Shown: positions 39,852 through 49,884, counted from the stretch's first letter. The stretch is DNA of 64,000 nucleotides from Ostreococcus lucimarinus (GCA_000092065.1 CP000581.1), one strand, 5' to 3'. Numbers and translations are program-made. The notes: a model not told the origin generated them from the sequence alone.

Positions 39852-41657
39852 TTACTTGTAGAAACGCCGGAGCGCCTTTGACGTGCCTTCGGGCGCGTAC
39901 GGCGCCGAAGAAGCGGCGCCTGCCGTCGATCCGGGCGCGGCGACGCCACCGCGCTTTTCGGTGATACCAGCTTCGCGCAAACGCTTCGCTTCCATCTTTG
40001 CCAATTTCTTGTCGTCGATGACGTTCAACTGCTTCTTTCTATACCTCTTTGACGTCCTATTCTTGCCCTTCATCTTCGTCTTTTCTTCATTCTTGTCGCG
40101 CTGAGCCTTTCTCGACGACAGCTCAGCCTCGATCGCTTGCTGACGACGCTCAGCTTGTACCTCCTTCGGCACTGCTCGAAGCTTACCGACAGCATCGGGG
40201 TCGAGCTGAATAGTTTCCGAAGGAAGTTTATCGAGCAAACGCGCGACTTCTTGCTCGCGGCGCTGGCCCTTCGTCTCGTACGGGTTCGCCACAAACGTGT
40301 CAAAGTTCGGTTCACCAGCACCTGGAATGAGTAAACTCGTGAATCCACGCGTGTGTCCGACACCTAAAACATCGTCGTACGGGCAAAACTTCATGGAGTT
40401 GATTTTTTGTCCGTGGGAAAACTGGTGCTTCATGTACGGCGAATTTTGCTTCGTCGAGAGTGCGTCCTTCCAGATTTGCACCGTGCTCCCCCAACCAACG
40501 GCGAGCATGCCGCGCTGGGAGATTTGAATGTGATCTGACGGCTGCGCCGAGTAGTACGCGTGTACGGGCATGTACGTGCGCAAATCCCAAACCTTGACTT
40601 GTCCGTCTGATCCCGAAGTCACCATGTACTTACCCCCGTTGTCAATCGCCACTCCTCGCACGGTGCCTCGATGACATAACATCTTCACCAGTGATGTGCC
40701 TTGATTCGGGCTCCACAAAGTCACAGTTCCGTTTTTATGGCCGCAATGCACGACGGCGTTATAATTGCTGTGCGTCATCGCGTTACACTCGCCGAGTTTG
40801 GTGCGATACTGCGCCACAATTTTCCCGTACGTCGTGTCTTGCCAGCGCAAAATCCCTTGATTCCCAATCGAACATAGCAAAAAGTGCTTCGGTAAAAATG
40901 TGAGCTTATTGACATGCATATGATCGTTCAAGCAGTGAACCTCCAGGCCTCGCTTATCGTAAATGTACGTGTACTTGTCTTGCGCCGCGGCGTAAAACTG
41001 TTCGTTGTGCAAAAACTTGACATCTTTCACCGTTTCACGCGCATCCGTCTCGCTAATCATATAATGACGCTGCCACTCCATCATGCTTAGCGCGCCCTCG
41101 CTCGAACCTAACAACAACTCTCGTCCGTTTTGCGAATAATCGACGTAGTACCGTCCCGTTCCCGGCACGTCCAAATCAAACGCCTTCTTCGCGGCGTTCA
41201 CATCCACATTATTCACGATATCCCGCTGTTGATACTGATACGTCCTCTCGCCCTCATCCGCCTCGAGCACTCCCGGTTCTTCGCTCGCCAACCACTTCTC
41301 GTGCGTCGCCGCCGCCGTCGCCGCCTCGTCGGCCAAATTTTGACTCTCTCGCAGCGTCGCGCGCACCTTCTTATCGCTCACGTGCTTGCTCGACACCCGC
41401 TCGCCGACGCGATACTTTTTCGCGCGCTCGCGAAGGTCTTTATCGTACTTTTTCTGTCGGCGCGCCACCGCCTCGGCGTTCATCGCGTCGTCCTCGCGTC
41501 GTCCCGTCGTCGCACCGCCGCCGCCGCCATCATCCTTCGCGCCTCCCACTCGCGCCTCCCGTTCGTACGCCGCCGTCGACGCGTTCAGCGCCGCGAACGT
41601 CGCGTCGAGCGCGGCGTCGCCGTCGGCGTCGTCGTCGTCGCGTCGTCGTCGTCCCAT
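39852..41657 (-). CDS. U3 snoRNP protein UTP7/WDR46 (BING4)
   Basis: WD40 repeats plus the BING4 C-terminal domain (FCPYDDVLGVGHTRGFTSLLIPGAGEPNFDTFVANPYETKGQRRE), then a basic tail. Confidence 0.85.
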   Translation of the reverse strand: MGRRRRDDDDADGDAALDATFAALNASTAAYEREARVGGAKDDGGGGGATTGRREDDAMNAEAVARRQKKYDKDLRERAKKYRVGERVSSKHVSDKKVRATLRESQNLADEAATAAATHEKWLASEEPGVLEADEGERTYQYQQRDIVNNVDVNAAKKAFDLDVPGTGRYYVDYSQNGRELLLGSSEGALSMMEWQRHYMISETDARETVKDVKFLHNEQFYAAAQDKYTYIYDKRGLEVHCLNDHMHVNKLTFLPKHFLLCSIGNQGILRWQDTTYGKIVAQYRTKLGECNAMTHSNYNAVVHCGHKNGTVTLWSPNQGTSLVKMLCHRGTVRGVAIDNGGKYMVTSGSDGQVKVWDLRTYMPVHAYYSAQPSDHIQISQRGMLAVGWGSTVQIWKDALSTKQNSPYMKHQFSHGQKINSMKFCPYDDVLGVGHTRGFTSLLIPGAGEPNFDTFVANPYETKGQRREQEVARLLDKLPSETIQLDPDAVGKLRAVPKEVQAERRQQAIEAELSSRKAQRDKNEEKTKMKGKNRTSKRYRKKQLNVIDDKKLAKMEAKRLREAGITEKRGGVAAPGSTAGAASSAPYAPEGTSKALRRFYK

Positions 41658-41752
41658 CGCTCGCGTCGCGGCGTCGAGTTGTCCCGTCCCGCCCGGGACG
41701 CGCGCGCGTCACACCGCGCCGCCGCATCGCGACGACGCGACGACGCGACGCC

Positions 41753-41998
41753 ATGGCGCACGAACAGAACCCCGAGGCGGTGATGCACCAAGTCAAAGCC
41801 GAGCTCGCGAACGCGTACGCGCAGGAGTTCTTCACGACGGTTCGGGACAAGTGCTTTCAAAAGTGCGTCACCAAACCGGGCGGGTCGATGTCGAGCGGCG
41901 AAGCGACGTGCCTGTCGAGGTGCACGGACAGGTACGTCGAGGCGACGAAGATGATTTCGCACGTCGTGTTGCAAGCGTACTCCAAGGGTGGGGTGTGA
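41753..41998 (+). CDS. Small Tim (Tim13/Tim8-like) mitochondrial intermembrane-space chaperone
   Basis: 81 aa with a twin CX3C motif (CFQKC ... CLSRC) in the usual spacing. Confidence 0.8.
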   Translation: MAHEQNPEAVMHQVKAELANAYAQEFFTTVRDKCFQKCVTKPGGSMSSGEATCLSRCTDRYVEATKMISHVVLQAYSKGGV

Positions 41999-42156
41999 TC
42001 GATCGCGAGGCGGTGAACGGCGAGAGCGGGAGGAGGGGTCGCCGGGAGGCGCGAGAGGCGGATCGGCGCGCGAAGATGATTGTAATAAGTAATCGATGCG
42101 TAGAATTGAAAGAATCGGTTAATGTTGTCAATGCGTGATGGTGTCGTGCGTCGCGC

Positions 42157-45100
42157 TCACGCGTTGTCGGACTCGGACTCCGCGAGGATGGCGGATTTGT
42201 CTAATCGCGTCGAGCTGTCGTACGCGGGATTGATTTTCGGAAGCGACGAACCGCTGTTGCTCCAATCTTCCAAAAACCACGCACTGCCGCCGCGGACGGT
42301 CAGCTCGGAGGGTTCGACGGGAATTTTGGACATCGACGAGAGGTCATGGGAACTCAAGCCACGCGAGAGCATGGCGCGAACCATTTCGGCGTGCGCGCTG
42401 GATTGCACCAAGACACGCCCGTCGTCGACCGAGCTAAGTTCGTCGGCGTTCAATTTGACCGGTGAGGACGAATTGGATAGCTTCGTCGGACTATGTTTCG
42501 CGAGCGCATTGAAAACGTGCTTATGTCGCTCGTGCAGCGCATCTAAGCCGTTGAGAATGCTCAAATCTATCGACAGCGAGTCACCATCCAAGCCCGTGAG
42601 TCGCCTCGCGAGCTCGAGTTGCGTCAACGGCTCAAGCGCGTCGTTTTCTCGAGCGGCTTCCTCGAGCAAATCAGCTGAACACCACGCGAGTTCGACATCA
42701 CTACTGTCGTGATCACCGTCGAGCGATGTTCGCTTGACACCAGCGTTTTTCGCCCGTAGTTGTCGGTTGATGTACTGAAGAATACGATGCACCTCCATCG
42801 GCGTGGCGACGACGCTAAGCATGTCAGTGACGTGCTTTTGATACGCCATTCTTCTGCTTTGCTCGTCCAAATTATCGATTACGTTCAAGGGTTCGCCTTT
42901 GGCGATGCTACCTTTCTCCATCGCGAGGTCCAGTTCCCAGCTATTGCCTTTGTACACAGACACATCTTCCTCTTCATGATCGCGCTGTTCGACTTCCTGA
43001 GATGCCGTGCTCGCGCGAGTTAACTCGATGTGAAGGCTTAACGCGTCACTGAAACTCGTTGGAATCGCCAATCGTTTCGCTGGTCGCACTTTATTTGGGC
43101 TCGTAAACACGTTATTGTTCGTAAACGAGGCACCGAGCCAATCGTCCGCTGCCTTGAGAATACTACCGCAGCTCGGTCGACGGGTCGGATCCATGACGAG
43201 TGCCGCTTTGATGAGCTTGATGAAATGCTTTGGCACAGTATCAGGGAACGTTGGAGACAATCCTTGCTGAAGCGCACGCCACTGACCCTCAACAGCGGTG
43301 CCTGAAGGATAACCCTTGAGTAATACCATAAGAAGCACACCGACAGACCATACGTCGCACTTCTTCGTGTATGGCTTGCGCCGAAGCACTTCCGGCGCGC
43401 TAAAGAATTTCGTCCCAACGTGTCCTTTCATAGTTTCGTGCGCCAAGCAGAACGTCGCGCTGCCGAAGTCGATTATTTTCAAAGTCGGAATAGCGCCTGG
43501 TTTGGGTGACCACGGCTCTTTGAGCATGATATTGTCGGGCTTCAAGTCTCTGTGCGCGACGCCCAACGAGTGCATGAACGACACTGCCCCGAGTAGTTGG
43601 TTGGCGAATACGCACCAATCACCCTCATCAAAAAGACCGCGTTGCGCGATGGCCTGTATTAATGTTCCACCAGTGTAAATATCGGTCACGATATGAGTCA
43701 CTTCGCTCTTCAATAACGGACTGTCTTCGTACACCATTAACTTCAACGGAAAGTTTGGATGATGCCCACATAATACTTGCAATGCATCGCACTCGTCTTT
43801 GATGGCATTCTCGTCGACTTTCGTGCGCAAAATCGACTTGACAGCCAAGATATCGCCCGTCTTCCGATCGACTGCCCGTCTCACCGAGCCGTAAATACCG
43901 CGGCCGATGAGATCTCCCACTTCCAAGTCGTCGTACACCTTCTTTGACGCAAAGTTTCCGAAATTTCGTCCTTGGTGCACAGTCACGTCTGGACAATCCG
44001 CGTTGGCTTCCTCGATCTCCAACAACTGCTCCCTCGTGAGAGGCTCTCGCTTTTTCTCAGTTCGCGTGTACGAGTAAACTTCGCCGATCACGGGCTCGAT
44101 CACCCTGAGTCGTTCCTCCAACTCGCCGAGCGACGGAATGTCTACGCAGATGGCGGTGATGTCGTCGTGAATCCCGCGAACTTTCAGAACCTTTTCAACG
44201 ATGCCATCCGCGCACGTGTCGGACCCCATGTATTCCATGCACTCGCGCGCGATTTCGCCATCCTTCAAAGCGGAAAAAACCCCGTCCGAGGCGATTAACA
44301 GTCGACATCCCGCGGCTGGGATGCGCACGCGCGTGAACTCTGGTTCGCAGATGAGTGCCGCGCAGTCGAAGTCTCCAAAGGCTCTCGAAACGGCGTAGCC
44401 ACCAGGAAACACGCGCAACGGCCCCAACTCTTCGCCCGCGTTGCCTCGCAGGCGCGCCAGCCTGCACTCGGTCTGAATCAAACGCCTAGCCTCAAACGGA
44501 TCCACCGGGTTGTGATCGCGCGACAGCCGCACGTGCTTGTCTCGATCCTCCGCCGAGATCGCTCCAAACTCCGAGGGATGCGGCAGCATCAGCGCCGCCG
44601 AGTCCCCGACGTTCGCCGTCACCGCGTCGAACGCCAACGCATCATCCCCTCGCCCGCTCACCACGCGCTGTATCGCCACCACGTTCACCGTCGACCCCCC
44701 CTCGGGCGCGGGTCCGTGACAAAAGAAACATCCCGTCGCGTTGCTCATCCCGTACTCGCTCTCCGTCCGCAAAATCGCCCGTCGCATCGCTCGCTCGACC
44801 GTGTCCTCGCCGTCCTCGCCGTTTCCCTCCCGACCGCGCGCCTCCTCGCCCGATCGCGTCCTCGCCTCGAGCATCCGAAACTCGTGCTCCAAGTTTCGTC
44901 CCAAGTGTCGCTCCAGGTACGCCGTCGCCGTGTCGTCCTTGTGCCCGTCGAACACGCAGTACACCGCGCACACGCGCCCGACCGCGACGCGCGCGTCGGT
45001 ATCATCGCGCTCCGTCGCGCACCACGCGTCGACGAGATTCGGGAACACCAGGTAGCCGTCCTGCGCCTTTTTCACGACGCATCGCGCGCGCCAGGGCGCG

Positions 45101-45165
45101 AACGGCGATGGCGCGCACGACGGCGACGAATGCGGCGCCGACGACGGCGCGTCGCGCGCGCGCAT
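42157..45165 (-). CDS. Fusion protein: N-terminal PP2C phosphatase domain + Ser/Thr protein kinase domain + ~400 aa C-terminal region of unknown function
   Basis: PP2C motifs AVYCVFDGHKDD, VANVGDSAAL, SRAFGDF, IASDGVFSAL, HDDITAICVDI. Kinase motifs IGRGIYGSVRRAVDRKTGDILAVK (Gly loop/VAIK), HRDLKPDNIML, KIIDFGSA (DFG), GTKFFSAPE (APE), DVWSVGVLL. It is one continuous ORF. The upstream Arg-rich part of track ORF 42157..45978 is discarded; the proposed ATG is at 45165..45163 (MRARDAPSS...). Confidence 0.8.
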   Translation of the reverse strand: MRARDAPSSAPHSSPSCAPSPFAPWRARCVVKKAQDGYLVFPNLVDAWCATERDDTDARVAVGRVCAVYCVFDGHKDDTATAYLERHLGRNLEHEFRMLEARTRSGEEARGREGNGEDGEDTVERAMRRAILRTESEYGMSNATGCFFCHGPAPEGGSTVNVVAIQRVVSGRGDDALAFDAVTANVGDSAALMLPHPSEFGAISAEDRDKHVRLSRDHNPVDPFEARRLIQTECRLARLRGNAGEELGPLRVFPGGYAVSRAFGDFDCAALICEPEFTRVRIPAAGCRLLIASDGVFSALKDGEIARECMEYMGSDTCADGIVEKVLKVRGIHDDITAICVDIPSLGELEERLRVIEPVIGEVYSYTRTEKKREPLTREQLLEIEEANADCPDVTVHQGRNFGNFASKKVYDDLEVGDLIGRGIYGSVRRAVDRKTGDILAVKSILRTKVDENAIKDECDALQVLCGHHPNFPLKLMVYEDSPLLKSEVTHIVTDIYTGGTLIQAIAQRGLFDEGDWCVFANQLLGAVSFMHSLGVAHRDLKPDNIMLKEPWSPKPGAIPTLKIIDFGSATFCLAHETMKGHVGTKFFSAPEVLRRKPYTKKCDVWSVGVLLMVLLKGYPSGTAVEGQWRALQQGLSPTFPDTVPKHFIKLIKAALVMDPTRRPSCGSILKAADDWLGASFTNNNVFTSPNKVRPAKRLAIPTSFSDALSLHIELTRASTASQEVEQRDHEEEDVSVYKGNSWELDLAMEKGSIAKGEPLNVIDNLDEQSRRMAYQKHVTDMLSVVATPMEVHRILQYINRQLRAKNAGVKRTSLDGDHDSSDVELAWCSADLLEEAARENDALEPLTQLELARRLTGLDGDSLSIDLSILNGLDALHERHKHVFNALAKHSPTKLSNSSSPVKLNADELSSVDDGRVLVQSSAHAEMVRAMLSRGLSSHDLSSMSKIPVEPSELTVRGGSAWFLEDWSNSGSSLPKINPAYDSSTRLDKSAILAESESDNA

Positions 45166-45350
45166 GGCGCGACGACGCTCGGTGCGATGATGTCTCTTCG
45201 CGCGCGCGACGACGGCGCGCGGCGACGCGCGCGGGCGCGGGACTCGCGTCGCGACGCTTCGGATTGTGCGCGAGGTCGACACCGACGCGACGGTCCGAGT
45301 GCCGCGATCGAGCCGCGCGGGACGGAGCGCGAGACGCGGAAGAGAGGACG

Positions 45351-46736
45351 CTAAGGATCGATTAAAAAGGAAGGGAGACCGGTCGCGACGTCCTCGCGAA
45401 GAGATTCGAGGAAAACGCGGTCGGTGAGGGCGAAGGCGTGGGCGAAGGGCCAGGTGGGGACGGAGACGACGGCGGCGAAGCCGCGCGCGACGGCGTCGAG
45501 GTCGCCGCGAGGCGAGTCGTCGGCGACGACGACGCCCTTGGTGACGCGGAACGCGGAGGAAAGCGGACGCGCGTCGGACGACGTCGATGATGATGGTGAT
45601 GGTTGCGACGACGCGCGCGCGGCGAGGAGCCTCTCGGTGGCGAGCTGTCGGACGAATCGAGCGTCGCGGTCCGTCGCTCGGACGTCCGAGGCGACGGTTT
45701 GCGACGGCAGCGTTCGACCGAAGCGGTCGGTGGGGACGGAATCCACGGGGACTTCGTCGTCGAACACGGCCTGGACGCGCTGCTGGCGCCAAAACACGCC
45801 GGGACGGGCGGCGCGGAACTTTGACTTCGGCGTCCATTTCGCCGGAACGCTCAAATCCAAGTAAATGTCCGCCTCCACGAACGCGTCTCTTAGCGCCGCG
45901 CGTCGCGACTGTGGAGTCGTGTGTTCGACGGCGGTGTCGTTGACGTGAACCGTGCCCGAGCCGCCGAGCGACCAACAATCTTTGGCGGCGAAATCATCGC
46001 CACCGTCATCTAAAACTTGCCTCGCCAGCTCGTCGTCCATCGGCAACTGCGCCGTGCCGAGGCTCGCCCACCGCCCGTTCGTCGGAAACGGAAAATGTGA
46101 GCGAGGATTGTTCGCGGGCGACTTCGTCGGCAGCACTCGCAGGACGACACTCACGAGTTGCTCGAGCGCGCACGCGCACGGCTCGAACGACGTCGTCTGC
46201 GTCGTCGTCGGGATCGTCGCGCACACGGTGGGCGTTCCCGAGACGGCGGCGCGATTGGCGCATCGTCGAGCGCGACTCCCGCGCCCATCCTCACCCAAGC
46301 ACACCTCGCGCCCGCCCACGACCAGGCAGAGGACGCATTCGTATCCTAGTTGCGCCAAAATACCGTCCGTCGCGTCCAGCGCGACGACGGCGGCGTCCTC
46401 GCCGGAGCCGCGAAGCGCGTACGCGTCGCCGTCGCCGCGCGCCAACCGCAGCTCGCGCCCATCGCGCGTCAACCCATCCACGTCGTCGTGCGACAGCGTA
46501 AAGACGCGCAAATTGTGCGCGGCGGCGACGTCCGCGAGCTTCAGCGCGCACGCAGCGAGATCGTCGTCGCGCGGGCCGAGCAAGAGCACGCAGGCCTGGG
46601 TGCGTGTCGGAACAGACGACGACGTCGACGCGCGCGACGAGGACGACGAACGGCGACACGAGGACGACGAGTGACGGCGATGGTGCGCGGCGAAGGAATG
46701 CGCGCGCGCGGCTGCGCGCGCGGCCGCGCGCGGCAT
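45351..46736 (-). CDS. Hypothetical protein (461 aa), family not recognised
   Basis: Long ORF with normal amino-acid composition and codon use (VLLLGPRDDDLAACALKLADVAAAHNLRVFTLSHDDVDGL...). No motif I can assign. Arg-rich ORFs on the opposite strand are rejected. Confidence 0.4.
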   Translation of the reverse strand: MPRAAARAAARAHSFAAHHRRHSSSSCRRSSSSSRASTSSSVPTRTQACVLLLGPRDDDLAACALKLADVAAAHNLRVFTLSHDDVDGLTRDGRELRLARGDGDAYALRGSGEDAAVVALDATDGILAQLGYECVLCLVVGGREVCLGEDGRGSRARRCANRAAVSGTPTVCATIPTTTQTTSFEPCACALEQLVSVVLRVLPTKSPANNPRSHFPFPTNGRWASLGTAQLPMDDELARQVLDDGGDDFAAKDCWSLGGSGTVHVNDTAVEHTTPQSRRAALRDAFVEADIYLDLSVPAKWTPKSKFRAARPGVFWRQQRVQAVFDDEVPVDSVPTDRFGRTLPSQTVASDVRATDRDARFVRQLATERLLAARASSQPSPSSSTSSDARPLSSAFRVTKGVVVADDSPRGDLDAVARGFAAVVSVPTWPFAHAFALTDRVFLESLREDVATGLPSFLIDP

Positions 46737-46782
46737 GTTGTGACGAGAAACAAGAACAAGAAATTACAAGACACCGGGACGC

Positions 46783-48369
46783 TCACGCGCCCATGTACAA
46801 TTTTTGTCGGCGAGTGACGACGATGCGGCAGACGGGACAGCGACGCATGCGGCGAGCGCACTTGCGGCACATGCACGCGTGACCGCAGGGAATTAAGACG
46901 CACTGCACGGGTAAGGTCATGCATACGACGCACTCGCTGTCGGGGACGCCGCTGCGGCGCTTGGACTTTGTGACGACGGGTTCGCCGGTTTCGTCTTCCG
47001 AGACTTCGATGGAGGAAGACGGAGGAATTTCGCCGGTGTCTTCGCGGTCATCGCTATCGTTGGAGTGTGCGGCGGTGGGATCGGTGAGTTCCGAGGTGGC
47101 GTCCTCGTTCGTCGCCGGCGGTTGCTCACCGTCGCCGGCGCCGTCCTCGTCGTCAGACGTGCTCAAATCGCTCGCCTCTTCCCACTCATCCATCACGGTG
47201 TTGTCTTCGCGTTGACGTAACAATGGTTCGTGCATCATCAACCGCTGCGCCCGGATTAAGTTGACCTGTTCCACGTGCCGGCAAAGAATGGCGCGAATGC
47301 AACATCCGAGTAAGACGCCGCTCAACATCACGGCGTATTGCCACGTCTCGCCGTACATCCCGGCCGCGCCGTCGTCGACATCACCGCACGCGTCGCCCAT
47401 CCACCCGATGTGACACTCGCAGTGACCGTCGATGACGCAGTCCCCGTGACCGTTACAGTGATTCAAATGCGAGCACCCGTCGCTCAACGGTTGCGGCGCG
47501 GCGTCTCGTCGCACGCACGCCTTGCAGCATCGCAACGGCGTCGAGGGCACGAGCATTGGCGAGCCGAGGGCGCCCATCGCGGATATCACTGACTCAAACC
47601 CACTCACCGCCGCCCCGTTCGTGCCGACAGCCTCGGGCGTGTTCGTTTGCCCGCACGAAACATCGAACCCTTCCTCCGCCGCGCACTCGCACTCGTTCGT
47701 CCCGAGAGCGTTTCCGCTCGGCAACACAAACTTGACCTTGCAGCACTCGCCTTGGTCTTTGGGATAATAAAACGCCGACCCCCGCGTCGTCTGTGCCTTA
47801 TTCACCCGATTGAAGCCTTGCAAGAATGTCCCCGCCGGGCACACCATGTCCTGTCCCGAAGGCGTGCTCGCCCGCGTGGGCACGCAGTCCACGCTCAGCG
47901 CTCTCAAACTCTCGATCGTCGCCTCTCCGTCCGCCGCGTCCGTCACCGCCGGAAACACATCTCGAACCTTTGTCTTACCGTCCAAATCGCTCGAGCTCAG
48001 GCACGGGACGCAGCATATCGCTCGAGATAGCGGCACCAACCCGTCGCCGCGCCCGTCCCGGCCGGCGTACTCGCCGCTCGCCTCGAAACCGCCCACGACG
48101 GCGCCCTCGCGATCGCACTCGAGCCCGTTTGCCGCGGTCGAAAACGTGCACTGACACAGGCCGAGCGTCCGGAGCGTCGCCGGCGGCTCGGTCGCCGCAT
48201 ACGCGCGCGAAGAAGGCGAAATTTCAGTCGATGACGCGACGCGTTCGACGCGCCTCGTGACGGTGAAACCGCCATCGTCGACGTCCGACGGCGCCACACG
48301 CGCGTGCGAGGCGACGAAACATATCGCGATGCACGAGATGAGAAGCGCGCGGCGCGCGATGGCGCGCAT
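46783..48369 (-). CDS. Type I transmembrane RING (C3HC4) E3 ubiquitin ligase with a Cys-rich / EGF-like ectodomain
   Basis: Signal peptide MRAIARRALLISCIAICFVASHA, an ectodomain with many Cys including an EGF-like CNGHGDCVIDGHCECHIGWMGDACG, a TM helix YAVMLSGVLLGCCIRAILC, an acidic linker and a C-terminal RING CVVCMTLPVQCVLIPCGHACMCRKCARRMRRCPVCR. Confidence 0.7.
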   Translation of the reverse strand: MRAIARRALLISCIAICFVASHARVAPSDVDDGGFTVTRRVERVASSTEISPSSRAYAATEPPATLRTLGLCQCTFSTAANGLECDREGAVVGGFEASGEYAGRDGRGDGLVPLSRAICCVPCLSSSDLDGKTKVRDVFPAVTDAADGEATIESLRALSVDCVPTRASTPSGQDMVCPAGTFLQGFNRVNKAQTTRGSAFYYPKDQGECCKVKFVLPSGNALGTNECECAAEEGFDVSCGQTNTPEAVGTNGAAVSGFESVISAMGALGSPMLVPSTPLRCCKACVRRDAAPQPLSDGCSHLNHCNGHGDCVIDGHCECHIGWMGDACGDVDDGAAGMYGETWQYAVMLSGVLLGCCIRAILCRHVEQVNLIRAQRLMMHEPLLRQREDNTVMDEWEEASDLSTSDDEDGAGDGEQPPATNEDATSELTDPTAAHSNDSDDREDTGEIPPSSSIEVSEDETGEPVVTKSKRRSGVPDSECVVCMTLPVQCVLIPCGHACMCRKCARRMRRCPVCRIVVTRRQKLYMGA

Positions 48370-48604
48370 GGCGGCGCGTCGCGCGCGATAATGCCGACCA
48401 ACCGCCGCGCGGGGCGAAGTCGAAGCCGCGCCGCGAAACGAAAATCCACGACGAGACGAACGCGCGCGCCCGAAACCGAAACTAAACGACGAAACGATCG
48501 AACACGAGCGCATCGCTCGACGCGCGACGCTCAAACGGCGCTCTTGACGCTCGATTAAATTCTACCCTAGCGCGCGAAGCCGCGCGGTCGCGCCTCCGCG
48601 CCCT

Positions 48605-49015
48605 CTAATCCTCCTCTTCGTCCACGTACGCCCGCCCACCGCCGAACGTGAACGGCGTCCACCGTCCCTGCACGCTCGGCTTCTTCGTGAAGTGCCTGTG
48701 CTTCATCGGTTTGCTCCCGGGCTTACCCTTTTCGCTCGCCAACCACCGCACGTGCGTCTCCACCGCGTTCGCGCTCAGATTCTTCAACCCCACCGCCTTC
48801 TCGTGCCCGTTCGCGTACGTCGCGCGCACGTGCGGGTCTCCTCCTCTTCTTATCTCCGTCGTCGCCTCGGTTGAGTCGCCGTGGACGAGCGCGCGCGCTT
48901 TAAATTCATCCCAGCCTCCACTCAGGACGAACTCTTTGATCCCTCGCGACGTCCCCGTGACGTCGCAGTACACCAGGCGCAGCGCGCGCAGCTGCGCCAC
49001 GCCGCGAATGGACAT
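48605..49015 (-). CDS. Mitochondrial ribosomal protein mL43 (MRPL43/yeast MRPL51; L51_S25_CI-B8 thioredoxin-like fold)
   Basis: VAQLRALRLVYCDVTGTSRGIKEFVLSG...HVRATYANGHEKAVGLKNLSANAVETHVRWL fits the mL43 family pattern. Confidence 0.7.
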   Translation of the reverse strand: MSIRGVAQLRALRLVYCDVTGTSRGIKEFVLSGGWDEFKARALVHGDSTEATTEIRRGGDPHVRATYANGHEKAVGLKNLSANAVETHVRWLASEKGKPGSKPMKHRHFTKKPSVQGRWTPFTFGGGRAYVDEEED

Positions 49016-49137
49016 CGCGCGCGCGCGTCGACCGAGCCTCGCGCGCGACGTGCCGAGACGCGTACGCGCGCCGGTGAGTGCGGCGCCGACGCGGCTTGCG
49101 CCATTCGTCGGCGTCGCGCGCCCGCGACGCGCGATCG

Positions 49138-49884
49138 ATGGCGATGCGCGCGTCGCTCGCGATGCGCTCGAGCGCGTCGGCGCTCGAGCTTCGATGCGCG
49201 CGACGCGCGCGCGTCGCGCGCGCGCGACGCGCGGCGATGATGACGTCGGCTGCGAGTGGGACGACGCGCGTGAACGTCCCGAGCGACGCGCCGTCGGACG
49301 CGCTGGAGGCGCTGCGCGCGGTAGAAGTGATGCGCGCGATCGACGGCGCGCGCGTCACCGTGCCCGAGGTCGTCGGCGCGCGAGGCACGGTGGTGGTGCA
49401 GTTCCTGAGGTCGTTTGGGTGATTTTTCGCGAGCGAGCGAGCGGTGGAGCTCGCTCGCGACGCGATACCGACGCTCGATGCGGCCGGCGTGCGATTGGTG
49501 GTGGTTTCGATCGGAACGCTGGAACGAGCGAAGGATTTTAGCCGGGAGAATGATTTTCCGATCGAGTTGCTGTACGCGGACGCGGAGAGCGCGACGTACG
49601 AGGCGTTGAAGCTGCGAAAGGGCGCGAAACAGACGTTCATGGAGAAGTCGACGCCGGAGAGCATTCTGAAGCGATGGAACAAGGATGGAGCGAAAGATTT
49701 GCTCGGGGTGTTGAAGCGTTGGAAGCCGTGGTTGCCGCCGAGACCGGACCAAGGGTATCAACAAGGCGGCTCGTTCGTGTTTCGAGACGGCGTCGCGACG
49801 TACGTCTCGTACGACGTCTCCACGGGAGCGCACGCGCCGTTGGACGACATTTTCGAAGCCGCGGGCGTCTCGACGTCGAATTAG
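49138..49884 (+). CDS. selU: Candidate selenoprotein U (SelU/PRXL2/AAED1 family, thioredoxin-like) with an in-frame UGA (49420..49422) read as selenocysteine, plus an organellar-type presequence
   Basis: Track ORFs 49078..49422 and 49444..49884 are in the same frame with exactly one TGA between them. Read through, the junction is TVVVQFLRSFG-U-FFASERAVELARDAIPTL...LVVVSIGTLERAKDFSRENDFPIELLYAD. This matches the PRXL2/SelU active-site region (AVIMAVRRPGCFLCREEAADL), with U in the position of the first Cys. The start may be 49138 (MAMRAS...) or 49237 (MMTSAASG). Confidence 0.7.
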
